Shown in pieces: positions 1 to 9,549 of a stretch of DNA of 64,000 bases. The stretch is from an uncultured Halobacteriales archaeon (GTDB lineage Archaea > Thermoplasmatota > E2 > JACPAO01 > JAHFTW01). The notes below the pieces were generated by a model, which saw only the letters and a program-made list of their open reading frames with translations, was not told the origin of the DNA and did not search any database. Numbering within the stretch: the first letter of the stretch is position 1; the number at the start of each line of letters is the position of its first letter. The stretch lies in the NCBI GenBank assembly GCA_964627625.1, contig CAZVJB010000011.1:12175-76174 (forward strand), given 5' to 3'. A program made the position numbers and the translations under genes.

Positions 1-269
1 ACCCAATGCTCGCCCCCACCGTGGCAAAACACTACGCCAGGCAGCAGTTGAAACCCACCAACGAAGCCGACATCACGCAATTCCTTCTGAAGGAAACGGC
101 CGAGCGCCGAAAACACAGCATCTTTTCGACCGACCCAGGACACCGACCCTATGATCCCATCTACACTTGCATCGAGTGCGACAAGGTATGGCGAAGTCCC
201 CTGTCGCTCGATTCTATCGTTCCCGCCTGCCCCACCTGCCACGGAACCCGCATCGCCATTGCCGCCTAG
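1..269 (+). CDS. Possible 3' end of a CDS entering from upstream; zinc-ribbon tail (CxxC...CxxC)
   Basis: The ORF is open to the left window edge. The translation ends with CIECDKV...CPTCHG, two CxxC pairs. No recognisable family. Confidence 0.25.
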   Translation, partial: PMLAPTVAKHYARQQLKPTNEADITQFLLKETAERRKHSIFSTDPGHRPYDPIYTCIECDKVWRSPLSLDSIVPACPTCHGTRIAIAA

Positions 270-396
270 ATCAAGCCCTTCCGGGATTACTCGACGGACG
301 CCCAGATTCGGAAGCCGCGGGCTAGTGATTTTTCGGACATCATGAGCGCCTGGACGCGCAAGCAAGCCGTTCCGGGATTGTATGGCAGCGGACGGA

Positions 397-1032
397 CTAC
401 GTGCGGGCGTGGTTGGCCGTAATGCGGCTCCGTTCCTTGGTCACGGTTCGCTGGAGGGAACGAACGATAGCCCAATACATGACGCACAAGAGGCCGCTCA
501 CGAAACCCAGGGCCATGAGCAGCGTTTCCCATGGGCCCGATATCTGCAGCAGGTGTTGGATAGCGGCCTGCACCAAGGGAGTCACCGCCACGGGTAAGAC
601 AATCACCAAGATTAACATCCACCACCAGTGCCGACGGCCGAATTGGAATGTCTGGTCAGCAATGCCAAGGCGGATTGCCATATCGGTTACGCCCTCCCTT
701 TCTTGCTCAACTTGCAGGTACCCTAGGAGACGGGGGACGAAATCGGTTGCTTTCACGTCGGGGTTGGCCAGCAAGAAGTCCCTAGCGGTCAGAGGATTGT
801 TTACCAGAAACTCTCGGAGAATATGACACGGCAGGAGGCCAAAAAGGGACCAAAAGCCTGCGACCAGAGCCGCCGAGCTCAGAATCTGTTCGCGACTGAG
901 TGCTGGTTGTCCCTGGCCGACGATATAAATTGGGGCCAAGAGACCAATGAGCAACAGCAGGTAGTTTGTGCGCCTCCCAAGCGTCTGATCTGCAAGCACG
1001 GCGATTCGGTCGTCGGCTCCTTGGGCGTCCAT
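397..1032 (-). CDS. Hypothetical polytopic membrane protein
   Basis: A 283-aa minus ORF with four hydrophobic helices (LLLLIGLLAPIYIV, AALVAGFWSLFGLL, WWWMLILVIVLPVAV, LLMALGFVSGLLCVMYWAIV). The start is placed at the internal Met in MDAQGADD. The upstream extension is Arg/Ala-rich and looks non-coding. Confidence 0.4.
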   Translation of the reverse strand: MDAQGADDRIAVLADQTLGRRTNYLLLLIGLLAPIYIVGQGQPALSREQILSSAALVAGFWSLFGLLPCHILREFLVNNPLTARDFLLANPDVKATDFVPRLLGYLQVEQEREGVTDMAIRLGIADQTFQFGRRHWWWMLILVIVLPVAVTPLVQAAIQHLLQISGPWETLLMALGFVSGLLCVMYWAIVRSLQRTVTKERSRITANHART

Positions 1033-1220
1033 TCGTTGGCGAACCTGGCTTAGTTCCCTTCTTACCCCCGCCGCTGCTCTCATTGGTTTCCCCAACGCCC
1101 CACAAAATAAATGCGCATGCGCGGCAGCCTGAGCATGGCGGTTCCGCGTCAACATGGCAAATCCTGGGCAGGGTATCGCCAGTCGGCCACTCCCGACGCC
1201 ATGAATGGCGCCCTTAAAGG

Positions 1221-2009
1221 GTGCCATTTGGTGGCGGTCGCGTGGCAAGGGGGACCAAGTTCAACCTGGTCGCAGAATCAGAGGGGAAGCGACATCGCGT
1301 TGCCAAGATCATCTTCGGAGCTTCGGAGGGCATCTTCGTTACATTTCCTAGGTTCATTCACACGCGAGGACTGGTGTCACGTGCCACGCTCCGGGGCGGT
1401 ATTTCCTTGCCTGCAGACATTTCCCTGAAGGACGGCGGAAAGGTGGCGGGCCACTTGGTCAAGTATGCCCATCACCTGGATGGCGAAGCCCACTTTTCTC
1501 AACACGGCCTGGTCCGAGCCAGCGTGCGCAACGCCTCTGGTCGGCTGGATGCTAACGTGGGACACATTTTCACATTGCAGGCTCAGCGGCTTGAAGGCTT
1601 CGCACCGCCCCGGGAATCGGACAGGACGCCGGCGCTGACGATGCAATTTCGTGAAGTCGTCCCAACCTTGAAAATTACGGGATGGTGGTATCGGATGGAT
1701 AAATTGGAAACTTCGGGCACCCCAGGATTGGGGCCACTCCTCGTCCAAGGACCAAACGGGCAACGAAAGCCTGCCTTCGCCCTGGTTCCGCCAGAATACC
1801 ACCCGCTAGCAAATTGGGTTCTTCTCTTGGTGCCAGAAATAATGCCTCTGCTGTCGGCGAACGGCGCGCCATCGCTCACTTTCATTGGTGGCTTCGATCG
1901 AAAGGAAATCGTGCATGACCATGCCGAAGACACACACTTCCTGGCCCTAATGTACCCCGTCGAAGACTTCGAGACGCTGAAACAGGAACTCGGCGCGATT
2001 GACCTCTGA
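1221..2009 (+). CDS. Hypothetical protein
   Basis: A 262-aa ORF with mixed composition and no extensive overlap with other long ORFs. No recognisable motifs. Confidence 0.35.
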   Translation: MPFGGGRVARGTKFNLVAESEGKRHRVAKIIFGASEGIFVTFPRFIHTRGLVSRATLRGGISLPADISLKDGGKVAGHLVKYAHHLDGEAHFSQHGLVRASVRNASGRLDANVGHIFTLQAQRLEGFAPPRESDRTPALTMQFREVVPTLKITGWWYRMDKLETSGTPGLGPLLVQGPNGQRKPAFALVPPEYHPLANWVLLLVPEIMPLLSANGAPSLTFIGGFDRKEIVHDHAEDTHFLALMYPVEDFETLKQELGAIDL

Positions 2010-2188
2010 ATGGGCCGTGCCAGGCTCTGAAACCTGGGGTGGGCAACTGCATTTCCCGGATTGGAGGTTCGTCCAAACCGGTATTGTATTGCAGTGGTCA
2101 TAACCAGCGGGCCTCGCCCGAGGCCTGACATGGCTGCCGTTCGCTGACCCCAGATTCTTAATCTGAATTCTTCAATGTAGGTCCGCAC

Positions 2189-2875
2189 ATGCGGTTGACT
2201 TCCGAGGAGAAAAGCGTCCTGGAGGCGCTGCTTGCGGCATATCGGAAGGACGCCGAATGGCCCACCTTCGGAGCGTTGCATCGTCTACTCGCGACCGAAT
2301 TTGAAGCGGAACTCGGAGACGTCGTTTCATCGCTATTCCAAAAGCTTGGGCACCCTTTACCACGGTTCCGCTGGGACGACACCGTTCGTCTGCCCACGCG
2401 CGGGGTCTTGCAGGACAGCCAAATCGAGGAAACCCACCGAATCCTTCTGCGAGGCCTTCCGATTCTAAGGGACCTGTACTTGACGGCCACCGAAAAGCCC
2501 CGAGCCACCCACCAAGACTTCTTGGCACGTGGCTGGAGTCCAAGTGATGTCTGGCGTCTACACAATCTCTGCCGATACCAGACGTTTTGGTCCGGGATGG
2601 GATCGACGCCCGGACAGAACACCTGGGTCATGGATTTGAACCCGGAAATTACAAGATACGCCAGATTCAATTCTGCCCAGGCACTCTGGGAATGGATCGC
2701 CCAGAAGGAACGCATGGGAAACAAGAACGAACGCAAGCTGGATCGCGCGCGCCGGCGACGGGAACGCATGGCATCAGGTCATCACTGGCTGAATCGACTT
2801 GTCCTGCCAATCTTGCTCGGTATAATCGGTACGATTGCTGCCGGAGGCATCCTGTGGAAACTCGGATGGGCTTAA
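2189..2875 (+). CDS. Hypothetical protein with C-terminal transmembrane helix
   Basis: A 228-aa ORF with balanced composition. It ends with a hydrophobic helix (LVLPILLGIIGTIAAGGILW) preceded by a basic stretch (RARRRRER). Confidence 0.45.
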   Translation: MRLTSEEKSVLEALLAAYRKDAEWPTFGALHRLLATEFEAELGDVVSSLFQKLGHPLPRFRWDDTVRLPTRGVLQDSQIEETHRILLRGLPILRDLYLTATEKPRATHQDFLARGWSPSDVWRLHNLCRYQTFWSGMGSTPGQNTWVMDLNPEITRYARFNSAQALWEWIAQKERMGNKNERKLDRARRRRERMASGHHWLNRLVLPILLGIIGTIAAGGILWKLGWA

Positions 2876-3062
2876 GGCCGGCGCTGCGCGAAGTCAGGGC
2901 CCGGTTCGGCCAATTCCGTGGTGGATGCTGCCATCCCCGTGGCGGCGCCGGAGAAGCCGGATTCCAGGAATTTCGACTTGGCCGCCAGGCCGAGTGGGCA
3001 CTGGATGACCTCCGCCGAACCTCATCCGCGTTCTTCTAAGCCGGTGCCCGCTTGCACACTCG

Positions 3063-3689
3063 ATGCCTGGTTTCCAGCCCGTCGTCAGCATCCTCTTTGC
3101 CTTGTGCCTCCTTTCGGGTTGCACAGGCCCCACGCCCGACAGCGACGCGATGCTGGCCTCCACGTACGACTTGCCTGCCGGGGTACGATTGATGCCGATT
3201 TCCGATTCGCACTTCGACGACTACAAGGCCATGCTGGGGCTCAAGGAGAACCCGGGAGTGGCGGACCTGCCCGAAGCCGGCCCCGACGGCCCCGAAAACG
3301 TACCGACGCGCATGGCCGCCGCAGTCCTCATGCGCGAGGCTCCAGAGCGTCTCACCTTCCTCAGCGTCTCCTATACACGCCCAGCGGGCATCCCCGCCCA
3401 GTCGAACCCGGCTGAGTGCGACAAGGGACGCCCGATGTGGGTCCTTGTCTCCGGCAACGAGGTCGCCGAGGTGCGCCTACAGACGCCGAACTACGATTTC
3501 TCCAGCCAAACCACCTCCACTAATCCGTCGGATTCTGCCCAAACTGGAGCGCTACGGGCGGCCCTGATATCTGATCCGGCCCCATCGCCCGCACAGCCGT
3601 CGCAAGCTCTCCTCGGCCAGGCCTGGAGCGACGTCGACGCGATGGGCGCAGCAATCCAGGCCGCAACCGGGGCAACACGGGTCTGCTGA
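3063..3689 (+). CDS. Secreted lipoprotein (signal peptide with lipobox)
   Basis: The N-terminus MPGFQPVVSILFALCLLSGCTG has a hydrophobic core followed by an L-S-G-C lipobox. The mature part is Pro/Ser/Ala-rich. Confidence 0.55.
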   Translation: MPGFQPVVSILFALCLLSGCTGPTPDSDAMLASTYDLPAGVRLMPISDSHFDDYKAMLGLKENPGVADLPEAGPDGPENVPTRMAAAVLMREAPERLTFLSVSYTRPAGIPAQSNPAECDKGRPMWVLVSGNEVAEVRLQTPNYDFSSQTTSTNPSDSAQTGALRAALISDPAPSPAQPSQALLGQAWSDVDAMGAAIQAATGATRVC

Positions 3690-3791
3690 ACCAAAACCTG
3701 TGGAACACTACAGAACGAACCGGTGTTCTCTAAATGGTCGTAACGCCGCGACGATAACCGACGAGGGATAGCAGGGTCGAGGGGGCACTTG

Positions 3792-4012
3792 GGAAGGTTT
3801 TCTGTCCCGGCAGGGAAATGGGTTTCCGTTTTCATGAAGCATCATCGCCCGGATGGGGAAACGGGTTTCCCTTGCGCTGTAAATCGTTTCCCGGGGCGGG
3901 AGAATTGGTTTCCTGGGGCCGGAAATCCGGTTTCCCGGCCGGCCGCAGGGTTTCCCCCATTTCCCACGATTTCCACGCTCCTTCTGTTGGGCACGGTTTC
4001 CCGTGGTTTCCC
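3792..4012. promoter_or_regulatory. Array of GGAAA-N(1-5)-TTTCC palindromes and extra TTTCC half-sites in a ~900-bp intergenic region
   Basis: Directly visible in the sequence. Four inverted pairs: GGGAAATGGGTTTCC (3813), GGGGAAACGGGTTTCCC (3856, a perfect palindrome), GGAGAATTGGTTTCC (3899) and CCGGAAATCCGGTTTCCCGG (3919). At least six further GGTTTCC(C) or TTTCC half-sites follow up to 4012. Only short GC-artefact ORFs overlap the region. Confidence 0.5.
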
Positions 4013-4592
4013 GCCGTGCGGACATTTCATGTCCATAGTGATAAAGCAAGGATCCCAGCGATAGCTGCCCAGCCTGCAGCCGCCCGGCCTGCCACGACGA
4101 AGCCACGCTTCCAGTACGCCAAACTTCCCTTACGGACCTCTGAGCGCCAAGCGCATGCCAGGCGTGGATTGTGACTGGAGGGCTCCGTTACATGGACGAA
4201 CGTGGTCAATCCGCTATGTGGCCGGCTAGAATTTCGTGCTCCAGCAACTGTTCCAGTCTGCGCGCGCCGCCTGAAGGAAGTCCGCAGGATGTTCAATCTG
4301 GAGACCCCAGTGGATTTCGAGGCACCGGTAAACGTGCCCGAGGCGCTTTGGCGCGTCGCCAGGCCTCTTGATATGAGCTAGATGTCTCCTTGGAAGTACT
4401 TTGGCAGACGCCCGATTTCAATGCCCGGATGCTTGGAGGCATCCCCAATGGCCATGACGGCCTGCCAGCTTGGCAACTGCATGACCTCATCTACCACCGC
4501 CGTCGGGACGCCGCTGGGCAAATTTTTGCCGGCCCAATCCAACAGGTGCCCGACAGCTTCGACCGCATCTCAGCGCCGCAATAGGGGCGCAG

Positions 4593-7500
4593 TTGACTTT
4601 TTATCCAGTCCAGGAATACGAAGCCGGTCGACACGGGGAAGGCCCCGCTGCGTCCGCGGCGTTTGAGATGCTGGACCAAAACGGAGGGTTTGGCGAGGAA
4701 CTGGTGAAGTTCGTCGCCGCGCTGCATGGTGGCCTGTCCACGGCGGTGGATGCAATCGCGAGCAACCTGCTGTTTGTCCGGTCCGAGTTCGGCCCTCTGC
4801 CGTACCCGATCCATCTGCTTCACATCGACGTAGGCGGTGGAGTCATCGAAAACCTCCTCGACATCGACGATGACGGCCAACCTGACCTAGGCGTGACGGT
4901 GACTCCCGAATTTTCTGTGGCGGACCCCGGAGGTGGTTCTGGCCTTGGCCTTCGTGGCGTTCACATCGCAATCCGGACGATGCCCGAAGGTCGAATCCTT
5001 TCCGGCCTTCGCTTGGACCTAGGCGTGCGCTTGGGCCAAACGCACGCACTTGATGGGCCCTTCACCGACGCGCGGCAGATTGGAGAATACGTCGTCGTCC
5101 GCCTAGAAGCACCATCCGGTCCGTTTCCCGAACGTCTGAAGGCCACCCTCCGGATTCACCAAGACGGGGAGGAGGGCACCGCGGGGTACACGTCGCGGAT
5201 CATCGGCTACGTCGAGAGTCGCATGCCTGGCATCGCCCCACCTGGTGCCACCCTGGCAATCGGCCACTGGACCTGGAAGGGACCCACACGTCCAGTCGAG
5301 CCGCGAGTACCACCGCGATTCGGGCTCCCGGACTCGATACGTCGGGTCATTCGGGTCCCAAACGAGAGTTCTGAGCCAGATGCGCACGACGAACTCGTGG
5401 CCGAAATCGTGCGACCCGAAGCCGCGCCGAACCTGTTCGGTCTGCCTGCCGAACTCCACCCAGGGGGCGCGCCGCTCGATCCCGGCATACGTTTCGATTA
5501 CTCCGAAACGGTTCTCCAAGCCACGCCGACCAAGACGACGCGTTTCTCCATTCGTGTCGATAGCATTGGAATTGGATTGCGCCTCACGACAATCGAGCAT
5601 CCAAAAAACAAGGCTTTCGGCATGCGCTCAAACCGATTGCCCACTCGCGTCGAGATTGACTATGATCCGATGCGTTCGTGGGAACTACCGCAGTTCATCT
5701 ACACGGCCAATGACACCCTGGGCGATTTTGACATGCGCGCCGAGGACCCAGACGGGGCAAGTGCTCTGCGGCACATGGCCATCCGGGCTGCCGAGGTTCC
5801 GGTTCGCATTGGCTTGCGTTTGGGCGGCAACGCCGGTGCAGACGCGCCCCTGCGCGTCTTCGGCAGCGACTCCGATAATGTCTACAAGCCCATGCCGTCC
5901 GCGCTTGGACGGTTCGTCGTAGTCGGGGGCCGAGACATCGGGACGCTCCCCCCTGCAGAACGGCGAGTCACCAAGCGAGATTTCATTCCGGGTCTAGACG
6001 TAAACGTCCCCTGGCCTGCCCATGCCATCACCTTTGACCTGGACGACACGCCCCCTAGTTCGGTGTTGCCGGCGCGGATGGTGGCCGGAGCGCAGGACCT
6101 GGTGTACCTGCGTGTAGAGGAACGGCCAACGCATGCGCAGGACGCGCAGCACGTCGACCGATGGGATGCCGAGCTCGTCCATGCCGACGAAGGCGCCGGC
6201 CTGGTCGTTGACCTGCGCCGTGCACCGACGCTTCGGCCAGGCGTTGGAACTGGAACCGAGCGCCCCCTCCGACTCCAGGTGTACAAGGTCCCCGCCCCGA
6301 CGGTAGCCGAGAAAGAGCACGCGTCGCGGCTCATTGTTCGGGCCGGTTCGATTCCTGACCGGCTAGTCATCGACTACAAGCACGTAGCAGCGCAGTCCCC
6401 AGCCGATAGCGATTACGTTGGGCTGCGCGTATCGGGCGGAGAGTGCAAACACGTCCAGGCGCTTTTCGTCGACAAACCCGCGGAAAAGACGGACCTGCTC
6501 GGAGCCGGCCGCATTTCCGTTGCCATGCCCAACACGCCCCATGGGTTTGTCGACGTGGCGCGTGACCATGATGGGGCCCTACAAGTCACCTCGTCCGAAA
6601 CGGTCCAGGCTTTTGCAGGCCTCGCGCTCTCAAGGGGGTTGGACGCTGAGGGCGACTTCCAGGGTTTACTCAAGCGCATGGTCATGCACGCGTCGTTGCC
6701 TCCTACCCCTGACGACGGTGCCGCACCGAGCCTAAGGATTTCCGCCTCCGCTGGCACGCTGGCGGTCTCAAGCGCTGGCGTGGGGACTTCAGGACGGATT
6801 GCCCTTGGTGAGACCCTGCTTCTCTCGGTCCGTGCCACCCCCCAAGCGGTCGCCAAACAGGTCTTGGCATGCGTTCCTCGCCCCGCGCACCTAGAAGGGG
6901 GGGAGGGGGGGTTCATTAGCCGGCTGCTGCGGCTGTTGGGACGGCTCCGAGTGCCCAGTCTTGGCGAATGCCGCCAGGGCTTCGAACTGCAACCCAAGCT
7001 AGGGGCCTTGAGCGCACGCGTTATTGGGTTGAGGGAGCTCGAACTGACTTCCAATCCCGAGAACATTCCGGGCCACCTTCCTGCCGGGGGGAGCGAAGAA
7101 GGCATGCGCATCCGGGCAACTTTCTCCGAGGGACGGGTAAACCGAGCCTTCCGGTTCCTACTGGGGGACGTCTGGAAGCCCCGGGATCGCCCGTTGGAGG
7201 AGTACCGGGCGGTCAAGTTCAGGGCAGCGGGCGTTCCGGAGACCGTCGCCTTCTCGTTCCTGAAGGGATCGCCCCTGAACTCCAGCCAGCTCCGAAAACC
7301 ATCGATTGTGCACTTGGATTTGTCCGAGCGTTCCGGCGAGGCCGAACTGGTCCTGGAGCAGCCCGAAATCGCGTACGAATTCCTGCGGAGAGGAGTGCAG
7401 GTGGGGCGCGGCGTGACGATGCTGAGCATCGATTCCCTTCCACGGCGAATGGTCATCACCCAACTCTTCGATGAGCGGTATGCGCCGGGCCTTACATGGC

Positions 7501-8147
7501 CCTGGAATTGGCCTGACCGGCCCGGTGGCTGGAGCCCCGACGGTACGCGGTTCCAGGTAAGCGATGCCACGACCATTCGGGAATTGTTCAAGATTGGGTG
7601 GAGCAAGGATTTCTTGGCGGATTGGGAATGGATACCGCCCGGCTCTGACGGGCTGCTAACCAGCTGGGAGCGACTGCACATCAGCCAACTCGTCCTGAGG
7701 CCGACACGACCCATCGCGGGCGCCGACGGATTGCCGTCTTTCTTCCTGTGGACGCCCTCAAGGCGACCCGCCGAGGGTGGCGACGAGGGCGACCAGGCGA
7801 TTGGATTCGGAACGAGCCCAGGTGTGGCCGTCACGTTGGACGCCGACATCCTGGAACATCGCCGGACGCTCCGAATCGGCGAGAGCAGCGAATTTGACTG
7901 GCAACAGGAAGTCAACCGAGAAATCTGGAAGGCGGTAGCCGAAATACAACTTCAGGACTTCGAGGGCCAAGTCACGGTAAGTCCCACTTTTTCGATGCTG
8001 GAAATCATTGACAGCCCGATTCGTGACAACATAAGGGCCGGCAAGTGGTGGCTCCGAAGCGTGGGTGCGTTGCCCTTCGAATTGGGAAGCGCCGGCCTAG
8101 GCAGCGAAGGCATCCACGGGCTCAACCGCACTCGACTGTTCCCATAG
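4593..8147 (+). CDS. Large hypothetical protein (1184 aa), first gene of a three-gene cluster upstream of the Rhs toxin
   Basis: A long uninterrupted ORF with balanced, globular-looking composition. No signal peptide, TM segment or recognisable catalytic motif. The overlapping antisense ORFs are Arg/Ser/Pro-rich GC artefacts. Confidence 0.6.
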   Translation: MTFYPVQEYEAGRHGEGPAASAAFEMLDQNGGFGEELVKFVAALHGGLSTAVDAIASNLLFVRSEFGPLPYPIHLLHIDVGGGVIENLLDIDDDGQPDLGVTVTPEFSVADPGGGSGLGLRGVHIAIRTMPEGRILSGLRLDLGVRLGQTHALDGPFTDARQIGEYVVVRLEAPSGPFPERLKATLRIHQDGEEGTAGYTSRIIGYVESRMPGIAPPGATLAIGHWTWKGPTRPVEPRVPPRFGLPDSIRRVIRVPNESSEPDAHDELVAEIVRPEAAPNLFGLPAELHPGGAPLDPGIRFDYSETVLQATPTKTTRFSIRVDSIGIGLRLTTIEHPKNKAFGMRSNRLPTRVEIDYDPMRSWELPQFIYTANDTLGDFDMRAEDPDGASALRHMAIRAAEVPVRIGLRLGGNAGADAPLRVFGSDSDNVYKPMPSALGRFVVVGGRDIGTLPPAERRVTKRDFIPGLDVNVPWPAHAITFDLDDTPPSSVLPARMVAGAQDLVYLRVEERPTHAQDAQHVDRWDAELVHADEGAGLVVDLRRAPTLRPGVGTGTERPLRLQVYKVPAPTVAEKEHASRLIVRAGSIPDRLVIDYKHVAAQSPADSDYVGLRVSGGECKHVQALFVDKPAEKTDLLGAGRISVAMPNTPHGFVDVARDHDGALQVTSSETVQAFAGLALSRGLDAEGDFQGLLKRMVMHASLPPTPDDGAAPSLRISASAGTLAVSSAGVGTSGRIALGETLLLSVRATPQAVAKQVLACVPRPAHLEGGEGGFISRLLRLLGRLRVPSLGECRQGFELQPKLGALSARVIGLRELELTSNPENIPGHLPAGGSEEGMRIRATFSEGRVNRAFRFLLGDVWKPRDRPLEEYRAVKFRAAGVPETVAFSFLKGSPLNSSQLRKPSIVHLDLSERSGEAELVLEQPEIAYEFLRRGVQVGRGVTMLSIDSLPRRMVITQLFDERYAPGLTWPWNWPDRPGGWSPDGTRFQVSDATTIRELFKIGWSKDFLADWEWIPPGSDGLLTSWERLHISQLVLRPTRPIAGADGLPSFFLWTPSRRPAEGGDEGDQAIGFGTSPGVAVTLDADILEHRRTLRIGESSEFDWQQEVNREIWKAVAEIQLQDFEGQVTVSPTFSMLEIIDSPIRDNIRAGKWWLRSVGALPFELGSAGLGSEGIHGLNRTRLFP

Positions 8148-8154
8148 GTGATGC

Positions 8155-9544
8155 ATTGCTGAAACTCATTCTACACCACACATACAACAATGGCCGCGCC
8201 ACTGACGTCTCCGGCCACGACAACCACGGCGTGGCCCTGCGCGTCACTTCGGTCGGCTCGTCCCTGCGCCTCCTTGGGGGAGCCAGCGAGATTCGAGTCC
8301 CGCCATCACCTTCTCTTGCCGGCCTCAACGCGGTTCGCGTCCGCCTGCGTTTCCGTTGGGAACCCAGCCAGGGGGCAAACCTCCGGACAGGCATGACCCT
8401 CGTCAAGGGTGACGCCTCGTTCTTCATCTTCGTCACGAAGAACCGCCGACTCCACGCCGGAATCCTCGATGCCAGCGGCGTGATGAACGGGGTCCTGAGC
8501 GAAGCGGTCATCGATGCGCATCGCTGGCATGAATTGGAGTTCCGCCACGACGGCATGGCCAGCGCCCAGATGGTGCTCGACGGCCAGCTGGTTGCCCAAA
8601 GGGACGACATCCAAGGCCCCGTTCGGAGCGTCGGCCCCGGCGGCATTGTAATCGGTCGCTGGGATGTGTTCCAGGGATCCATCGAACCACCAAACCCAGA
8701 AATCTTCGACCCAAACCTCTTCGGCTTCGTTGGCCAAGTCGATGACTTCCGACTAGACAAAGAATACATCGACAGGGACGGCCTCCTTGACCCCTGCTGC
8801 AATGACGGGCCGACATTAGGCCAAGCTATTCGCTCCAACGAAAGGAGTCCGGATGGCGCCAAGCCGCGAGCCGTCCTTGTAACGCTCCGGGCACTGGAGT
8901 CCCAAGTTCGCGCGCAGGCGATTGCAGGTGACCCCACGCGCTCGGCTCGCATTCGCGGCCTCGCGACCCGCGGCGGGAGAGCAATCGCTGAAAAACGACT
9001 GCCGGCAGCGCTAGCCATCGCCAGCGAAGCCCTTCAATTCCTTCGTGAACGGATGACCCAGCAGGAAATCGAAGCGTTCCAGGCTCGGGCAATCGACGCC
9101 ATAGAGGCCACCCCTCAAGCAGCCCCGCTTGCACGATACCGCCGTACCAAGGACGCGAAAGATCTTGAGCCCTTCCGACCGCTGGCCGCAGCTCTTTGCC
9201 GGCCCCTGCCTACGGATGGTCAATCCGGCCCTCCGGTGACCGGAGAGACATTAGGAATGCATGACTTGCGCCTACCGGCCCCGGCTCGGGCCGCGGCGAC
9301 AATTAGGGACTCTTCCTCTCCTACCATGTCTAGCATCGGCAGCAGGCCGTTGGTACCATCTTCTATCCGACAGGACCTGGGCGGGGCTCCCCACCCTTCG
9401 ACGGGTGCGCAATCTACTTCGGACAAACCTGGCTTCCCGCGCAAGCCGAGCGGGAGGAAACGCCGGAAGCATCGCCATCGCCATCGATGCAGATGCTGCT
9501 GTCACTGCAGGCCCTCGCGCGGCCCATCCAACAACCCAAGGTGA
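8155..9544 (+). CDS. LamG/concanavalin-A-like lectin-fold domain protein with a disordered basic C-terminal tail
   Basis: The pattern RVRLRFRWEP...LVKGDASFFIFVTKNRRLHAGILDASG...HELEFRHDG...MVLDGQLVAQRD...IVIGRWDV resembles a laminin-G-like jelly roll. The start is ambiguous: TTG near 8155 or Met at 8387. The ORF overlaps the 3' end of the upstream gene. The Lys/Arg/His/Cys-rich tail may be partly non-coding. Confidence 0.45.
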
Positions 9545-9549
9545 ATCAA

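Noticed and set aside
6413-7915. 500-aa minus-strand ORF antisense to the 1184-aa gene
   Set aside because: Ser/Arg/Pro-dominated composition typical of GC-rich antisense frames, and fully nested in a better ORF.
4593-8147. Interpreting the 1184-aa protein as a Tc-toxin A-component or pore-former
   Set aside because: There is no sequence-level support. It is mentioned only as a hypothesis to test structurally.
8122-9018. 298-aa minus ORF antisense to the LamG-like gene
   Set aside because: Low-complexity Arg/Ser/Pro/Trp-rich translation nested inside a domain-bearing plus-strand gene.
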